DNA of 64,000 nt from an uncultured bacterium (GTDB lineage Bacteria > Acidobacteriota > Thermoanaerobaculia > Multivoradales > JAHZIX01): assembly GCA_965368975.1 (NCBI GenBank), contig CBDUPA010000009.1:1-64000 (forward strand), read 5' to 3'. The notes beneath the pieces are model-generated. The model was not told where the DNA came from. It searched no databases and saw nothing but the letters and a program-made list of their open reading frames with translations. The first letter of the stretch is position 1. Each line of letters begins with the position of its first letter. Below, one piece after another: positions 17,057 to 27,174 of this stretch. Position numbers and translations under genes: made by a program.

Positions 17057-18862
17057 ATGATCAGCGCTCTGGAAGACAGCGAAGTCCGCGAGAAGCGGCA
17101 TCTGCTGGTGCTGCGCACGCGCCTTCTGATGGGTGGTGCCTTGCTGCTCCTGGGCATCGTCGCGAGCGCCTTTTGGGTGGTGCAGATTGTCGGCGGCGAG
17201 GAGTACCTGGCGATGGCCGAGAACAATCGGCTGCGCAAGCGCTCCGTCGAAGCGGTACGAGGCCTCATCTACGACCGCAACAACAAGCTCTTGGTGGCGA
17301 ACATCCCGAGCTACGAGCTGCAGCTCAACCGCGTACGCGTACGCGACCCGCAGCTGTCCCTCGAGTACGCGGCCGACATACTCGGGCGCAGCACCGAGGA
17401 ACTCCAGCGCAGTCTGCAGCGGCACCAGGGAAGCCCACCTTTCCGGCCGGTCCGCCTGGTCAGCGACATCGAGTTCGCACACGTGGCCCACTTCGCCGTC
17501 ACGGCTTTCGAGCATCCGGAGTTCGAAGTGACGGTCGGCAGCCAGCGCTCCTATCGAGAGGGCTCAGGCACGGCGCACGTGCTCGGCTACCTCGGCGAAG
17601 TGACCGAACGCGAACTGCGGGACGGCGGCTGGAAGGTCGGCGACCTGGTCGGTCGCCGCGGACTGGAGCGGCACTACGACCAGGCACTGCGTGGCCGGAG
17701 CGGCCAACGCATCGTGGTGGTCGATAGCCGGGGCCGCGCGGTAGAGCAACACGCCGTCGAGGCGGCCTTGCCTGGCAACGACTTGGTGACCACGCTGGAC
17801 CTCGACTTGCAGCGTGCGGCCGAGGCTCAACTCGAAGGCAAGGTCGGCGCGGTGGTGGCTCTCGAACCAGCTACGGGCGCGATTCTGGCCATGGTGTCTT
17901 CGCCCTCCTACGACCCGAACCTGTTCATCCGGCGGCTGGCACCGGAAGAGTGGCAACGGCTGCTCGATCACCCACACGACCCGCTGCAGAATCGTGCCAT
18001 TCAGACCACCAATGCCCCGGGCTCGGTATTCAAGATTGTGGTGGCCCTGGCCGGTCTCGAAGCCGGCCTGATCGACGCGCAGCATCGGGTGTTCTGCAAC
18101 GGCGCCGTAACGCTCTACGATCATCGTTTCCGCTGCTGGACGCGCGGCGGCCACGGCTGGACCAACCTCGAAGAGGCGCTCGAGCGCTCGTGTGACGTCT
18201 ACTTCTACCACCTGGGACAGCGTCTCGGCATCCAGGCGATCGCCGACAAGGCTCGCGAGTTTGGCTACGGTAGATCCACCGGCATCGACCTCGACGGCGA
18301 GAACCCGGGATTGGTTCCCGACCCCCGATGGGCCCTCGAGAAACGGGGCAGCCGCTGGTTCGCCGGGGAGACGATCTCGGTTGCGATCGGTCAGGGTCCG
18401 CTCCTGGCCACGCCGCTGCAAGTGGCCGTCATGATGTCGGCCGTGGCCAACGGTGGCACCCTGGTGCAGCCGCACTTGGTGGCCCCCGACAGCCTTCCAC
18501 CACAGCGCCGCGTACAACTCCCGCCGGATCACCTGGAACTCATACGCCGGAGCCTCAGGCGCGTCGTCCAAGGGCGCAACGGCACCGGACACCTGGCGGC
18601 TCTGCCTGGAATCGAGGTCGCCGGCAAGACCAGCACGGTTCAGGTGATCAACCAGAAGACCTGGACGGAGAGCGACTCACTGCCCTTCGAACTGCGCGAT
18701 CACGCCTGGTTCGCGGCCTACGCACCGGCGCAGAACCCAGAGCTGGTCGTCGTCGCCTTCGTCGAACACGGTGGTGCCGGCTCCCGAGCCGCCGCGCCGA
18801 TTGCCCGAGCCCTGTATGAAGTCTACTTCCGCGCTCGCCTTCGGGCTGAGCACACGCCCTGA
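17057..18862 (+). CDS. mrdA: Penicillin-binding protein 2
   Basis: RGLIYDRN, PGSVFK (SxxK), SCD (SxD/N), GKTST (KTG-like) motifs; operon position. Confidence 0.95.
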   Translation: MISALEDSEVREKRHLLVLRTRLLMGGALLLLGIVASAFWVVQIVGGEEYLAMAENNRLRKRSVEAVRGLIYDRNNKLLVANIPSYELQLNRVRVRDPQLSLEYAADILGRSTEELQRSLQRHQGSPPFRPVRLVSDIEFAHVAHFAVTAFEHPEFEVTVGSQRSYREGSGTAHVLGYLGEVTERELRDGGWKVGDLVGRRGLERHYDQALRGRSGQRIVVVDSRGRAVEQHAVEAALPGNDLVTTLDLDLQRAAEAQLEGKVGAVVALEPATGAILAMVSSPSYDPNLFIRRLAPEEWQRLLDHPHDPLQNRAIQTTNAPGSVFKIVVALAGLEAGLIDAQHRVFCNGAVTLYDHRFRCWTRGGHGWTNLEEALERSCDVYFYHLGQRLGIQAIADKAREFGYGRSTGIDLDGENPGLVPDPRWALEKRGSRWFAGETISVAIGQGPLLATPLQVAVMMSAVANGGTLVQPHLVAPDSLPPQRRVQLPPDHLELIRRSLRRVVQGRNGTGHLAALPGIEVAGKTSTVQVINQKTWTESDSLPFELRDHAWFAAYAPAQNPELVVVAFVEHGGAGSRAAAPIARALYEVYFRARLRAEHTP

Positions 18863-19958
18863 ATCCCGCGGCGCACTGCGCCTGTTCACCAGTGTCGACT
18901 GGACACTGTTGGGCAGTGCCTTGCTCCTCGCGCTGATCGGCCTGGCGACGATTCACAGCGCCAGCACGGAGCTGGCCGTCAATTACCTGCCGCGACAGGT
19001 GATCTGGTTGCTGCTCGGCGTGGTGGCCATGATCCTGGCTGCCAGCCTGGACACCGAGGAGTTGGTGCGCTGGTCACCGTTCTTCTATGGCCTCGGCATC
19101 CTGAGCCTGATCTCGGTACACATCTTCGGCTACGAAGCCGGCGGTGCGCAGAGTCGGATCGCCATCGGCAGCGTGAGCGTACAGCCATCGGAATTCGCCA
19201 AGCTGGCCACTGCCCTGCTGCTGGCACACTACCTCGGTAGCTTCAACCGCTCCTTCCTCGGCCTGCGCCACCTGTTCATCGCCGCGGCCATCGTCGCCCT
19301 ACCGGTACTGCTGGTAGCAGCCGAACCAGACCAGGGCAGCGCCGCCATGTTCCTGCCCATGGTCGCCGGAATGCTGCTGGTAGCGGGTGTACGCAAGCGT
19401 ACCCTGATCGCCGTCGGCCTGCTGGCCATGGTCCTCGGCGCGGGCATCTGGAGCTTCGGCATGCGTGACTACCAGCGTCAGCGTGTCCTCACCTTCCTGC
19501 AGCCCGGCAGCGACCCTCTGGGAGCCGGCTACCAGGTTCGCCAGAGCCAGATTGCGGTCGGCTCGGGCGGGCTCGCAGGACGCGGTTACAAACAGGGCAC
19601 ACAGAGTCAGCTGCGCTTCTTGCCGGCCCGGCATACCGACTTCGTGTTCGCGGTCTTGGCCGAAGAGTGGGGCTTCGTCGGCGTGACCACGACACTGAGT
19701 CTGTACGGCTTGTTCATCGTCAGCGCCTCTCGCATCGCGACGCGCGCGCGTAGTCGCAGTGCCACCCTGCTGGTCATTGGTTTGACCGGCCTGCTCGCGT
19801 TTCATGCGCTCTACAACACGGCCATGGTCGTCGGCCTGGTGCCGATCACCGGTATTCCTCTACCCTTTCTCTCGTATGGAGGCTCGTTTACCCTGATGTG
19901 CTTCGTCATTACCGGATTGATTCTAGGTGTCGATCTGCGACGGTATGTCAACCGCTGA
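18816..19958 (+). CDS. rodA: SEDS peptidoglycan glycosyltransferase RodA
   Basis: QPSEFAK, PDQG, GYQV.QS.IA.GSGG, HTDF.F...EE.G, P.TGIPLPFLSYGGS. Exact start uncertain. Confidence 0.95.
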   Translation: MKSTSALAFGLSTRPESRGALRLFTSVDWTLLGSALLLALIGLATIHSASTELAVNYLPRQVIWLLLGVVAMILAASLDTEELVRWSPFFYGLGILSLISVHIFGYEAGGAQSRIAIGSVSVQPSEFAKLATALLLAHYLGSFNRSFLGLRHLFIAAAIVALPVLLVAAEPDQGSAAMFLPMVAGMLLVAGVRKRTLIAVGLLAMVLGAGIWSFGMRDYQRQRVLTFLQPGSDPLGAGYQVRQSQIAVGSGGLAGRGYKQGTQSQLRFLPARHTDFVFAVLAEEWGFVGVTTTLSLYGLFIVSASRIATRARSRSATLLVIGLTGLLAFHALYNTAMVVGLVPITGIPLPFLSYGGSFTLMCFVITGLILGVDLRRYVNR

Positions 19959-20084
19959 GCACCCGATCACGGACCGTCGAGGCTGACGTTCCTTCGGGAT
20001 GCTCGAAACTACCGCTCGAACGAAGTACACTGCCAACCTCCGATCTACTGCGACGCCCCGAAACCCCCGTTCTTGGAACCCCCT

Positions 20085-21587
20085 GTGACCGTAAACAAGA
20101 AACTTCTGATTGAAACCCACAGGCACCAGACGCGTGCGGCGGTGCTGGAAGACGACATCCTGACGGAACTGCTGGTCGAGCGACCGCGCGAGCGCGGCCT
20201 GGTGGGGAATGTCTACAAGGGTCGCGTCACCCGCGTCCTGCCGGGTATGGAGGCCGCCTTCGTCAATATCGGCCTCGACCGCGATGCCTTCCTCTATGCC
20301 GGTGATGTGGTGGATGACTCCGACGACTCTCCGCACGACGAGACCGCCTTCAACCTGGGCAATTTGCCGTCCAAGCCGGGCCCCACGGCGCCGATCGATC
20401 AGCTGCTCAAGAACGGGCAGGAACTGCTCGTGCAGGTGCTCAAGGATCCACTGCCCAACAAGGGCGCTCGGATCACCACCCACATCACGCTGCCAGGACG
20501 CTACCTCGTCTACTTGCCCACCATGCGCCACTTTGCGGTGTCGCGACGCATCGACGACGAGGCGGAGCGCCTACGCCTGCTGGAGCTGATCCAGAGCCTG
20601 CCCGTCGTCAGTGGCGGCCTGATCGTGCGCACCGTGGGCGAAGACCGTGGGCGCGAGGACTTCGAAGTCGACCTGGCTTACCTGCAACGCCTCTGGCAGT
20701 CCCTGACGCACAAGGCCACCGACGCGAGCGCGCCGAGCCTGCTGCACAGCGATCTCGGCCTGCCGCTACGCGTGGTGCGCGACATCTTCAGCGCCGAGTT
20801 CTCGATGCTGTGGACCGAAGACGAAGACACCTACGAGCGCATCGTCGAGTTCCTCAGCACGGTCCAGCCGTCGCTGGTCGAGCGCGTACGCCTGTACCGC
20901 AAGCAAGAACCTCTCTTCCGCCGCTATCAGGTCGACGAAGAGATGGAAGCGGCTCTGCAGAGCAAGGTCTGGCTGAAGTCGGGCGGCTACATCGTGATCC
21001 ATCCGACCGAAGCCCTGGTCGCGATTGACGTCAACACCGGCCGCTTCGTCGGCAACAGTGACTTCGAGGACACCGTGGTGCGCACCAACCTGGAGGCGAT
21101 CAAGGAGGTCGTGCGCCAGATCCGCCTGCGCGACCTCGGTGGCATCATTGTGTTGGACTTGATCGACATGCTCGAGCAGGAGCACAAGGATCAGGTTTTC
21201 GAGGCCCTCACCGAGGAGTTGAAGCGCGACCGGGCGAAGAACAAGATGCTGCCCATCTCGGAGTTCGGACTGGTGGAGCTGACGCGCAAGCGTAGCCGCA
21301 CCAACCTGGCCCGCCTGATGACACAACCATGCCCCTACTGCCGGGGCAGCGGCCGCATCTACGCCACCGCCACCGTTTGCCTCGACCTGCGTAACGAGCT
21401 CCTGGAGCGCAGCTACCGCCCCCGCCGCGGCAAGGTGGTCCTGCGCTTGCACCCGGACATTGCCCAAGCCCTCGAAGGCGACGAGATCGCCATTCTCGAT
21501 GAGCTCGAGGAAGTCCTCGGCGAGCGCCCCGTCCTGCAGCCGGACTCGTCGCTGCACCGTGAGCAATACCGGATTTCCGGCATCTGA
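20085..21587 (+). CDS. rng: Ribonuclease G (Rne/Rng family)
   Basis: GNVYKGRV.RVLPGM.AAFV, IDVNTG, RLRDLGGII..D.IDM, CPYC.G.G. Start is GTG 20085 or TTG 20073. Confidence 0.93.
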   Translation: MTVNKKLLIETHRHQTRAAVLEDDILTELLVERPRERGLVGNVYKGRVTRVLPGMEAAFVNIGLDRDAFLYAGDVVDDSDDSPHDETAFNLGNLPSKPGPTAPIDQLLKNGQELLVQVLKDPLPNKGARITTHITLPGRYLVYLPTMRHFAVSRRIDDEAERLRLLELIQSLPVVSGGLIVRTVGEDRGREDFEVDLAYLQRLWQSLTHKATDASAPSLLHSDLGLPLRVVRDIFSAEFSMLWTEDEDTYERIVEFLSTVQPSLVERVRLYRKQEPLFRRYQVDEEMEAALQSKVWLKSGGYIVIHPTEALVAIDVNTGRFVGNSDFEDTVVRTNLEAIKEVVRQIRLRDLGGIIVLDLIDMLEQEHKDQVFEALTEELKRDRAKNKMLPISEFGLVELTRKRSRTNLARLMTQPCPYCRGSGRIYATATVCLDLRNELLERSYRPRRGKVVLRLHPDIAQALEGDEIAILDELEEVLGERPVLQPDSSLHREQYRISGI

Positions 21588-21596
21588 ACCTCTTCC

Positions 21597-23894
21597 ATGA
21601 CGCGGTCCATGAGTACGACGGCGAGAAGCGAGCGCTTCAACTTCGGCGACCTGCGGGGCGAGGTACTCCCAGCAGGCCTCCCTCCAGACGTTCCACTGAC
21701 CCAGCTGGAGCCCGCGCTGCGCCGCGTGCTGGACCCCGGGTCGGCCGAGAAGACGCTGCACTGGGGCCGCAACTACATCTACCGCTCACGACTGACCGGC
21801 GCACCGGATGCTGCCGCCGACCAGGAAGGCAGCGGCTCGAGGGTGGTGGTCAAACAGTTCCGAGCTGAGACAGGCTGGAAGGGCTTGCGGCGCCGCTGGA
21901 CCGGTACCAAGGCAGAGCTCAGCTGGCGCATGGCGCGCGCCTTTGCCGACGCAGGTATCCCGACCGCTGAACCCGTGCTCCTGGCCGAGTCCACCACCGC
22001 GGGTGGGCCTGGCTTCTTCGTCACTCGCGACCTCGGAGACGTGCTCGAAGCTCGCTACTTGCTACGCGCCGTCAACGCCGGCACGGCGGACGAGGACTTT
22101 CCGCAGGTCGATGTCGGAACTTTTCTTGACAACCTCGGCGCCCTGCTACGGCGTATGCACGAGGCCGGCCTGTGGCACCGAGACTTGTCGATCGGCAACG
22201 TGCTGCTGGGCAACCACCCGGAAGGGACGAGTAGCGCGACGCTCTACATCATCGACCTCAACCGAGCCCGCCAGCGGCGCCGGCTCACGCTGGCACAGCG
22301 CACGAGCGACTTGTGCCGCCTGGCGCTGGAACGCCCCGAGCACCAGGGGCGCTTTCTGCGCGCCTATTGGGGTGAGCCGACGACGGTGCAGCGGTTCGCC
22401 TATCAACTCTATCGCCGCTCGTTTCTCGGCCGCATCGGAGCCAAGAAGCAGATCCGAGGCGGGCTGCGCAGCTTCTTCGACCTGTTCCGGCGGCGCACCG
22501 CGCACGCCCACATTCCGCCAGCACCGGAGGGTGCCTCGGCGCGCGACAAGATCGTCTGGGACACCCTCTCCGACCAGCCACACCAGCACGCCGGACGCTG
22601 GGAGAAACTGGGCGTGCGTCTCGGTGACTTCGGCTCACACGCCGTCAACGCCGTCTGTGTCGCCCTCGCCTTGCCCGCTATCTGGCGACGCTACCGCCAC
22701 TTGCAGCGCCGGCTCCAAGAGCCCTCCGCGGACGGCGACTCGAGTTTCACTGCTGGCATCGGCGTCTGCCTGCGCCCCTGGCCGGAACATCCGCAAGAGC
22801 TCCTGTCCGCGGTCGACGACCTGGGCGTGCGCAAGCTGCTGCTGCGCCTGCACCCCTGGGATGACAAGCACGACGCCGAACTAGAGCTGGCTGCAGAGCT
22901 CTATCGCCGCGGCTACGAGCTCGCCTTCGCGCTGCCGCAGAATCGCGAGCTGGTGCGCGACTCGGCACGCTGGCGTACCTCCATCGAACGCCTGGGCCGC
23001 GCCTTCCGCCCCTATGGTCGCCACTTCCAGGTCGGCCAGGCCGTCAATCGCAGCAAGTGGGGGATCTGGAGCTACCGTGAATACATCCGGCTGTATCAGA
23101 TCGCTGCCGAGGTCTTGCGGGGCATGGATGTGGAGTTCCCCGAACCGGTCGAGCTGATGGGGCCGGCAGTCATCGACTTCGAGTACCACGCCACCGCCGC
23201 ACTGCTACGCCAGAAGGCGCCCGGTTTCGCCTTCGACATCGTTTCGTCACTGCTCTATGTCGACCGTCGTGGCGCACCGGAGAACCGCCAGGTCGGTCTC
23301 GACACCGTCGACAAGGTGGTTCTGCTCAAAGCGGTCGCGGATTGTGGCCGCAACGTACGCCAAGGGCCAACCGGCGCGCGCAGCTGGATCACCGAAGTGA
23401 ACTGGCCACTGTGGGAAGGCCCACACTCTCCTGCCGGCAAGGAAGTCTCGGTCGACGAAGAGAGCCAGGCCAACTTCCTAGTGCGCTACTACATCCTGGC
23501 CCTGGCGACCGGCATGGCCGAGCGCGTCTACTGGTGGCAGATCGCCGCCAAGGGCTACGGCCTGATCGATCCGTCTGAGCGACGTCGGCGACCGGCGTTC
23601 CATGCCCTGGCCACGCTGCACCGGCAACTCGAAGGCCTGGCATGCACTGGCCCGCTGCCAGCACCACCCGATGCCCGCCTCTATGGCTTCCGGCGCCGCG
23701 CAGACGGCAACTCGGAACAGAAACGGCAACCGGACATGATCGTCGGTTGGAGTGTGCTCTCGGACGGAGCCGTCAGCGTCGAGTTACCGTGCTCTCCCCC
23801 CCGTATTCTCGACCGTGACGGCGAGGAGCTGGACGTTCCGGGCGACGCGCGGCAGAGCCTACGCTCCGCTCCGCGCTACTTCTGCTTCGACTAG
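21597..23894 (+). CDS. LPS/Kdo-kinase-like (InaA/WaaP) domain fused to a glycoside-hydrolase-like TIM barrel
   Basis: N-terminal VVKQF, HRDLSIGNVLL, IIDLNR kinase motifs; C-terminal clan GH-A-like segments MGPAVIDF, WITEVNW, ERVYWW. Confidence 0.7.
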   Translation: MTRSMSTTARSERFNFGDLRGEVLPAGLPPDVPLTQLEPALRRVLDPGSAEKTLHWGRNYIYRSRLTGAPDAAADQEGSGSRVVVKQFRAETGWKGLRRRWTGTKAELSWRMARAFADAGIPTAEPVLLAESTTAGGPGFFVTRDLGDVLEARYLLRAVNAGTADEDFPQVDVGTFLDNLGALLRRMHEAGLWHRDLSIGNVLLGNHPEGTSSATLYIIDLNRARQRRRLTLAQRTSDLCRLALERPEHQGRFLRAYWGEPTTVQRFAYQLYRRSFLGRIGAKKQIRGGLRSFFDLFRRRTAHAHIPPAPEGASARDKIVWDTLSDQPHQHAGRWEKLGVRLGDFGSHAVNAVCVALALPAIWRRYRHLQRRLQEPSADGDSSFTAGIGVCLRPWPEHPQELLSAVDDLGVRKLLLRLHPWDDKHDAELELAAELYRRGYELAFALPQNRELVRDSARWRTSIERLGRAFRPYGRHFQVGQAVNRSKWGIWSYREYIRLYQIAAEVLRGMDVEFPEPVELMGPAVIDFEYHATAALLRQKAPGFAFDIVSSLLYVDRRGAPENRQVGLDTVDKVVLLKAVADCGRNVRQGPTGARSWITEVNWPLWEGPHSPAGKEVSVDEESQANFLVRYYILALATGMAERVYWWQIAAKGYGLIDPSERRRRPAFHALATLHRQLEGLACTGPLPAPPDARLYGFRRRADGNSEQKRQPDMIVGWSVLSDGAVSVELPCSPPRILDRDGEELDVPGDARQSLRSAPRYFCFD

Positions 23895-24199
23895 TCGAGG
23901 TCGAACGGCCGCCGGGGAGGTCCGTCGTCCGGATCTTCCTCAGCCCGCTTCAACGCCTCCTGAAATTTCTCCTCCAGGAGGCGGTCCCGGTCCTTGAGCG
24001 CCGCGAACTCTTGATCGAACAGGGCTTCCGCGCGTTGTTTCGAGTGGTCCAGATCCGCCAACAGCTCGTCGAAGTCATGACCGCCCGCCAACGGATCCTT
24101 GGGCTTGCGGTGGCGCAGCACTTGACCGGTCGCCGCGTCGACCAGGATCTCCGTCTGGCATTCAGGGCAGAGTACGGTGAAGGTTCCATCCTTGGCCAT
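23891..24199 (-). CDS. Small conserved-type protein (CxxC knuckle plus helical tail)
   Basis: MAKDGTFTVLCPECQTEILVD...LEEKFQEALKRAEEDPD..PRRPFDLD; ATG at 24199. Confidence 0.75.
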   Translation of the reverse strand: MAKDGTFTVLCPECQTEILVDAATGQVLRHRKPKDPLAGGHDFDELLADLDHSKQRAEALFDQEFAALKDRDRLLEEKFQEALKRAEEDPDDGPPRRPFDLD

Positions 24200-24306
24200 G
24201 GCCCATATTCTACGCGATCCCGGGCGCTGTTCGGGCTCACTGACTCCCACGTCCGTTCTCTGTCGACACGATGCGCCTGCGCACAAGATCGTCAGTCTGC
24301 TAACTT

Positions 24307-24903
24307 ATGGGCGCCATGAGCGAGACACGCCCCATTGATCACACTTCCTTACCCAGCCGCGACGACGCCTGGGCGCTGCTGTGCGAGTACACCCAGAAAC
24401 CAGGCCTGCGCAAGCACGCCCTCGCCGTCGAGACCGCAATGCGCGCCTACGCCCGCCGCTTCGACGCCGACGAGCACCTCTGGTGCCTCACTGGCCTGCT
24501 TCACGATTTCGACTACGAGCGCTGGCCAGCCCCGGAAGACCACCCGTACCGCGGCGTCGAGATCCTGCAGAGGCTCGGCTACCCAGAGGTGATGCGCACG
24601 GCCATCCTGGGGCACGCACCGTACACAGGCGTAGCCCGCGAGACCGATCTTGCCAAGGCTCTGTACGCCGTCGACGAGTTGAGCGGCTTCATGGTTGCAG
24701 TGGCGCTGATCAAGCCGAGCAAGAAGCTGGCGGACATCGACGTGCGTTCGGTCAAGAAGCGCTTCAAAGAGAAGGCGTTCGCGCGCGGGGTGCACCGCGA
24801 GGAAATCTTCCGCGGTGCCGAGGAACTGGGCGTCGAGCTGGACGACCATGTCGCTACGGTGCTCGAGGCGCTGCAAAGCAACGCCACGGAGCTGGGTCTG
24901 TGA
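24307..24903 (+). CDS. HD/HDIG-domain metal-dependent phosphohydrolase
   Basis: KHALAVE, GLLHDFDYE, AILGHA, DELSGF, SVKKRFKEKAFA. Confidence 0.9.
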   Translation: MGAMSETRPIDHTSLPSRDDAWALLCEYTQKPGLRKHALAVETAMRAYARRFDADEHLWCLTGLLHDFDYERWPAPEDHPYRGVEILQRLGYPEVMRTAILGHAPYTGVARETDLAKALYAVDELSGFMVAVALIKPSKKLADIDVRSVKKRFKEKAFARGVHREEIFRGAEELGVELDDHVATVLEALQSNATELGL

Positions 24904-25625
24904 GCGGCACCCCGTCGAGGCACGAGATCCCGGTACGCGATCGGTTGATCTTCGCCCTGGACGTACCGAACCGCGAGGAAGCACACCAGATCATCGACCT
25001 CCTGGGCGACAGTGTCCAGTTCTACAAGGTCGGCCTGGAGCTCTTCACGGCGGGTGTCGCCTTTGGTGTGATCGAGACCTTGCAGGCACGGGGCAAGAGG
25101 GTCTTTCTCGACCTCAAACTCTTCGACATTCCGCAGACCGTGGGTGCCGCCGTGCGCCAGCTGGGCGGACGGGGCATCGACCTGGTGACTGTGCACGCGG
25201 GCAACGAGGCGATCCTGCGCGCCGCCAGTCAAGCGGCGATCGAAACCAGCGGCGGCAAGCTGGGCATCCTCGCCGTCACTGTGCTCACGAGCATTGCCGC
25301 GGGTAGCGAAGAAGAGGTGCAAAGCTTGGTCGTGCAGCGGGCCCGGCAAGCGCATGATCAGGGTTGTGCGGGGATCGTCGCGTCCGGGCTGGAGGCCTCC
25401 GCTGTGCGCGCCGAGCTCGGGGACGACCTGCTGATCGTGGTTCCTGGCATTCGACCCGCAAAGAATCGTCCCGCGGACGACCAGAAACGCACTGTAGATA
25501 TAGAGGAGGCCTTCGCAAAGGGAGCCGACTACATCGTTGTCGGTCGCCCCATTCGAACCGCGGCACAGCCGCTCCAAGCTGCCGAAGCCATCCAAGCTCG
25601 GATCGCGGCGCACTTTCGACGCTGA
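24900..25625 (+). CDS. pyrF: Orotidine-5'-phosphate decarboxylase
   Basis: LIFALD, YKVG, FLDLKLFDIPQTV (DxKxxDIPxT), VPGIRP, DQKR, VVGRPI. GTG start overlaps the HD gene stop. Confidence 0.96.
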   Translation: MSGTPSRHEIPVRDRLIFALDVPNREEAHQIIDLLGDSVQFYKVGLELFTAGVAFGVIETLQARGKRVFLDLKLFDIPQTVGAAVRQLGGRGIDLVTVHAGNEAILRAASQAAIETSGGKLGILAVTVLTSIAAGSEEEVQSLVVQRARQAHDQGCAGIVASGLEASAVRAELGDDLLIVVPGIRPAKNRPADDQKRTVDIEEAFAKGADYIVVGRPIRTAAQPLQAAEAIQARIAAHFRR

Positions 25626-25769
25626 GACGAGTTCGGGATGGCTGGGTGGCCGGTGGACGCTGGAGATGTCTGGACACGCCACGGCCGCAGTTCGACCTCT
25701 TCTCGCCACCATTCGACTTTCATCTGAGCAGCGTTTTGATCTGAGCTGGCACTGGAGGGACAGTCAACC

Positions 25770-26096
25770 ATGCCGACCATGGGCCGCTACTGCAAGGCCT
25801 ACCCGGTCGCGCAATTGCGCGGCTATCCGGGCTGGTGGGAGCGGGCAGAGAATATGCGCAGCGAGGCGGTGGAGCAGGACGGGCGCGAAGTGCGCCAGCG
25901 ACGCCAGCTGCACGAGGAGTCTTTTCTCTACCTGCATGAGAACTACGTCGTGACCGACGGCATCTACCTGGACGAGAATGTGATCTTCGACGGTGTCACC
26001 GACGAGTGGAAGCTCTTTTGCCAGGAGCAGCTCGGTTTCCGGCTACCTGTCTTTGCCGCCAACCAACCTGCCCCCGACCCCGCAACGGACCCCTGA
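25770..26096 (+). CDS. Hypothetical protein (108 aa)
   Basis: GGAGG RBS; aromatic-rich sequence MGRYCKAYP...LYLHENYVVTDGIYLDENVIFD...WKLFC; host-like codon usage. Confidence 0.8.
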   Translation: MPTMGRYCKAYPVAQLRGYPGWWERAENMRSEAVEQDGREVRQRRQLHEESFLYLHENYVVTDGIYLDENVIFDGVTDEWKLFCQEQLGFRLPVFAANQPAPDPATDP

Positions 26097-26108
26097 CGAC
26101 TCGAAGAG

Positions 26109-26309
26109 CTAGTCTTCGTGCCGCCAGCGGCGGTGCGGAGGATTCCGCAGCTGCTCGATGGAATTCGCGACGCTATAGGCAAGAAGACCGATCCCGGCCG
26201 CCACCGCGAGCGCCAGCTCCCAGGGATACGCTCGCCCCCACATCAGTGACGGCATGGCGATGCCGCTGGCAGCCAACGCGATCCAGATCTTGGAGCTGAT
26301 GCGCCACAT
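26109..26309 (-). CDS. Small two-TM membrane protein (66 aa)
   Basis: ATG 26309 just after the FAH gene stop; two hydrophobic segments and a basic tail. Confidence 0.55.
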   Translation of the reverse strand: MWRISSKIWIALAASGIAMPSLMWGRAYPWELALAVAAGIGLLAYSVANSIEQLRNPPHRRWRHED

Positions 26310-26340
26310 ACTTCTCACCTGTGCCGAACTGCCAAAACCA

Positions 26341-27174
26341 TCATTCGGCCGCTGGCTGCGTGGCGCCACGCCAGGCCTCGACCGGATTGCGCAACACGCC
26401 GATGCCCGAGACTTCGACCTCGACCTCGTCCCCATCTTGCAGCGGACCAACACCCGCCGGCGTCCCTGTCAGCACCAAGTCTCCGGGTTCCAGGGTCATC
26501 ATGCGCGAGGTGTACACCAACAAGTCGAGCAGCGGAAACTCCATGTCGCGAACATGTCCGCGCTGGCGCTCGTCTCCGTTGACCCGCGTCACGACCTCGA
26601 GGTCGTCCAGGTCGGTCTCGCCCTCGACACAGACACGAATGGCCGGCCCGAGCGGACAGAAAGTATCGAAGGACTTACCCCGCGCAAAAGTGGCGTCCCG
26701 GCGTTGCAGGTCACGCGCGGTGACATCGCAGGCGCAGGTCACGCCAAAGATCGCCCGTGCGGCGGTGGCCGCATCCGCACGATGAAGGCGTCGGCCGATC
26801 ACCAGTGCGATCTCACCTTCGAATTCGACGCGCTGGCTCTCCGGCGGCAGCACGATCGGGGCACGGTGACCAATCAGGGTCGACGGAGCCTTGAGGAAGA
26901 GTAGCGGCTCGTCCGGCATCGGGTTGTTCAGCTCGGTGGCGTGCGCCCGATAGTTGCGCCCGATACCGATGATCTTGCTTGGCATCACCGGCACCAGGTA
27001 GGCCGGACGCGGGTGGCGCACCACCTCGCCCAGACGCCACTCGGAAGGCGGCGTCTCGAACGGCTCGGACAGCAGGATACGCAACTCACCACCACTGCCT
27101 TCCGCCGCAATGTGCGCGGAGTCCTGCACAGCGTAGAGGCCTTCGGGACCCAGTCGATAGAGCAACATCGTCAT
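26341..27174 (-). CDS. Fumarylacetoacetate hydrolase family protein
   Basis: KIIGIGRNY..H, FLKAPS, EFEGE, DVTARDLQ, GKSFDTFCPLGP, LEPGDLVLTGTPAGVG. Confidence 0.93.
   Translation of the reverse strand: MTMLLYRLGPEGLYAVQDSAHIAAEGSGGELRILLSEPFETPPSEWRLGEVVRHPRPAYLVPVMPSKIIGIGRNYRAHATELNNPMPDEPLLFLKAPSTLIGHRAPIVLPPESQRVEFEGEIALVIGRRLHRADAATAARAIFGVTCACDVTARDLQRRDATFARGKSFDTFCPLGPAIRVCVEGETDLDDLEVVTRVNGDERQRGHVRDMEFPLLDLLVYTSRMMTLEPGDLVLTGTPAGVGPLQDGDEVEVEVSGIGVLRNPVEAWRGATQPAAE

Noticed and set aside
24381-24899. Apparent 173-aa N-terminal extension or fusion on PyrF
   Set aside because: Arg/Pro-rich off-frame read of the HD gene. PyrF begins at GTG 24900, overlapping the HD stop.
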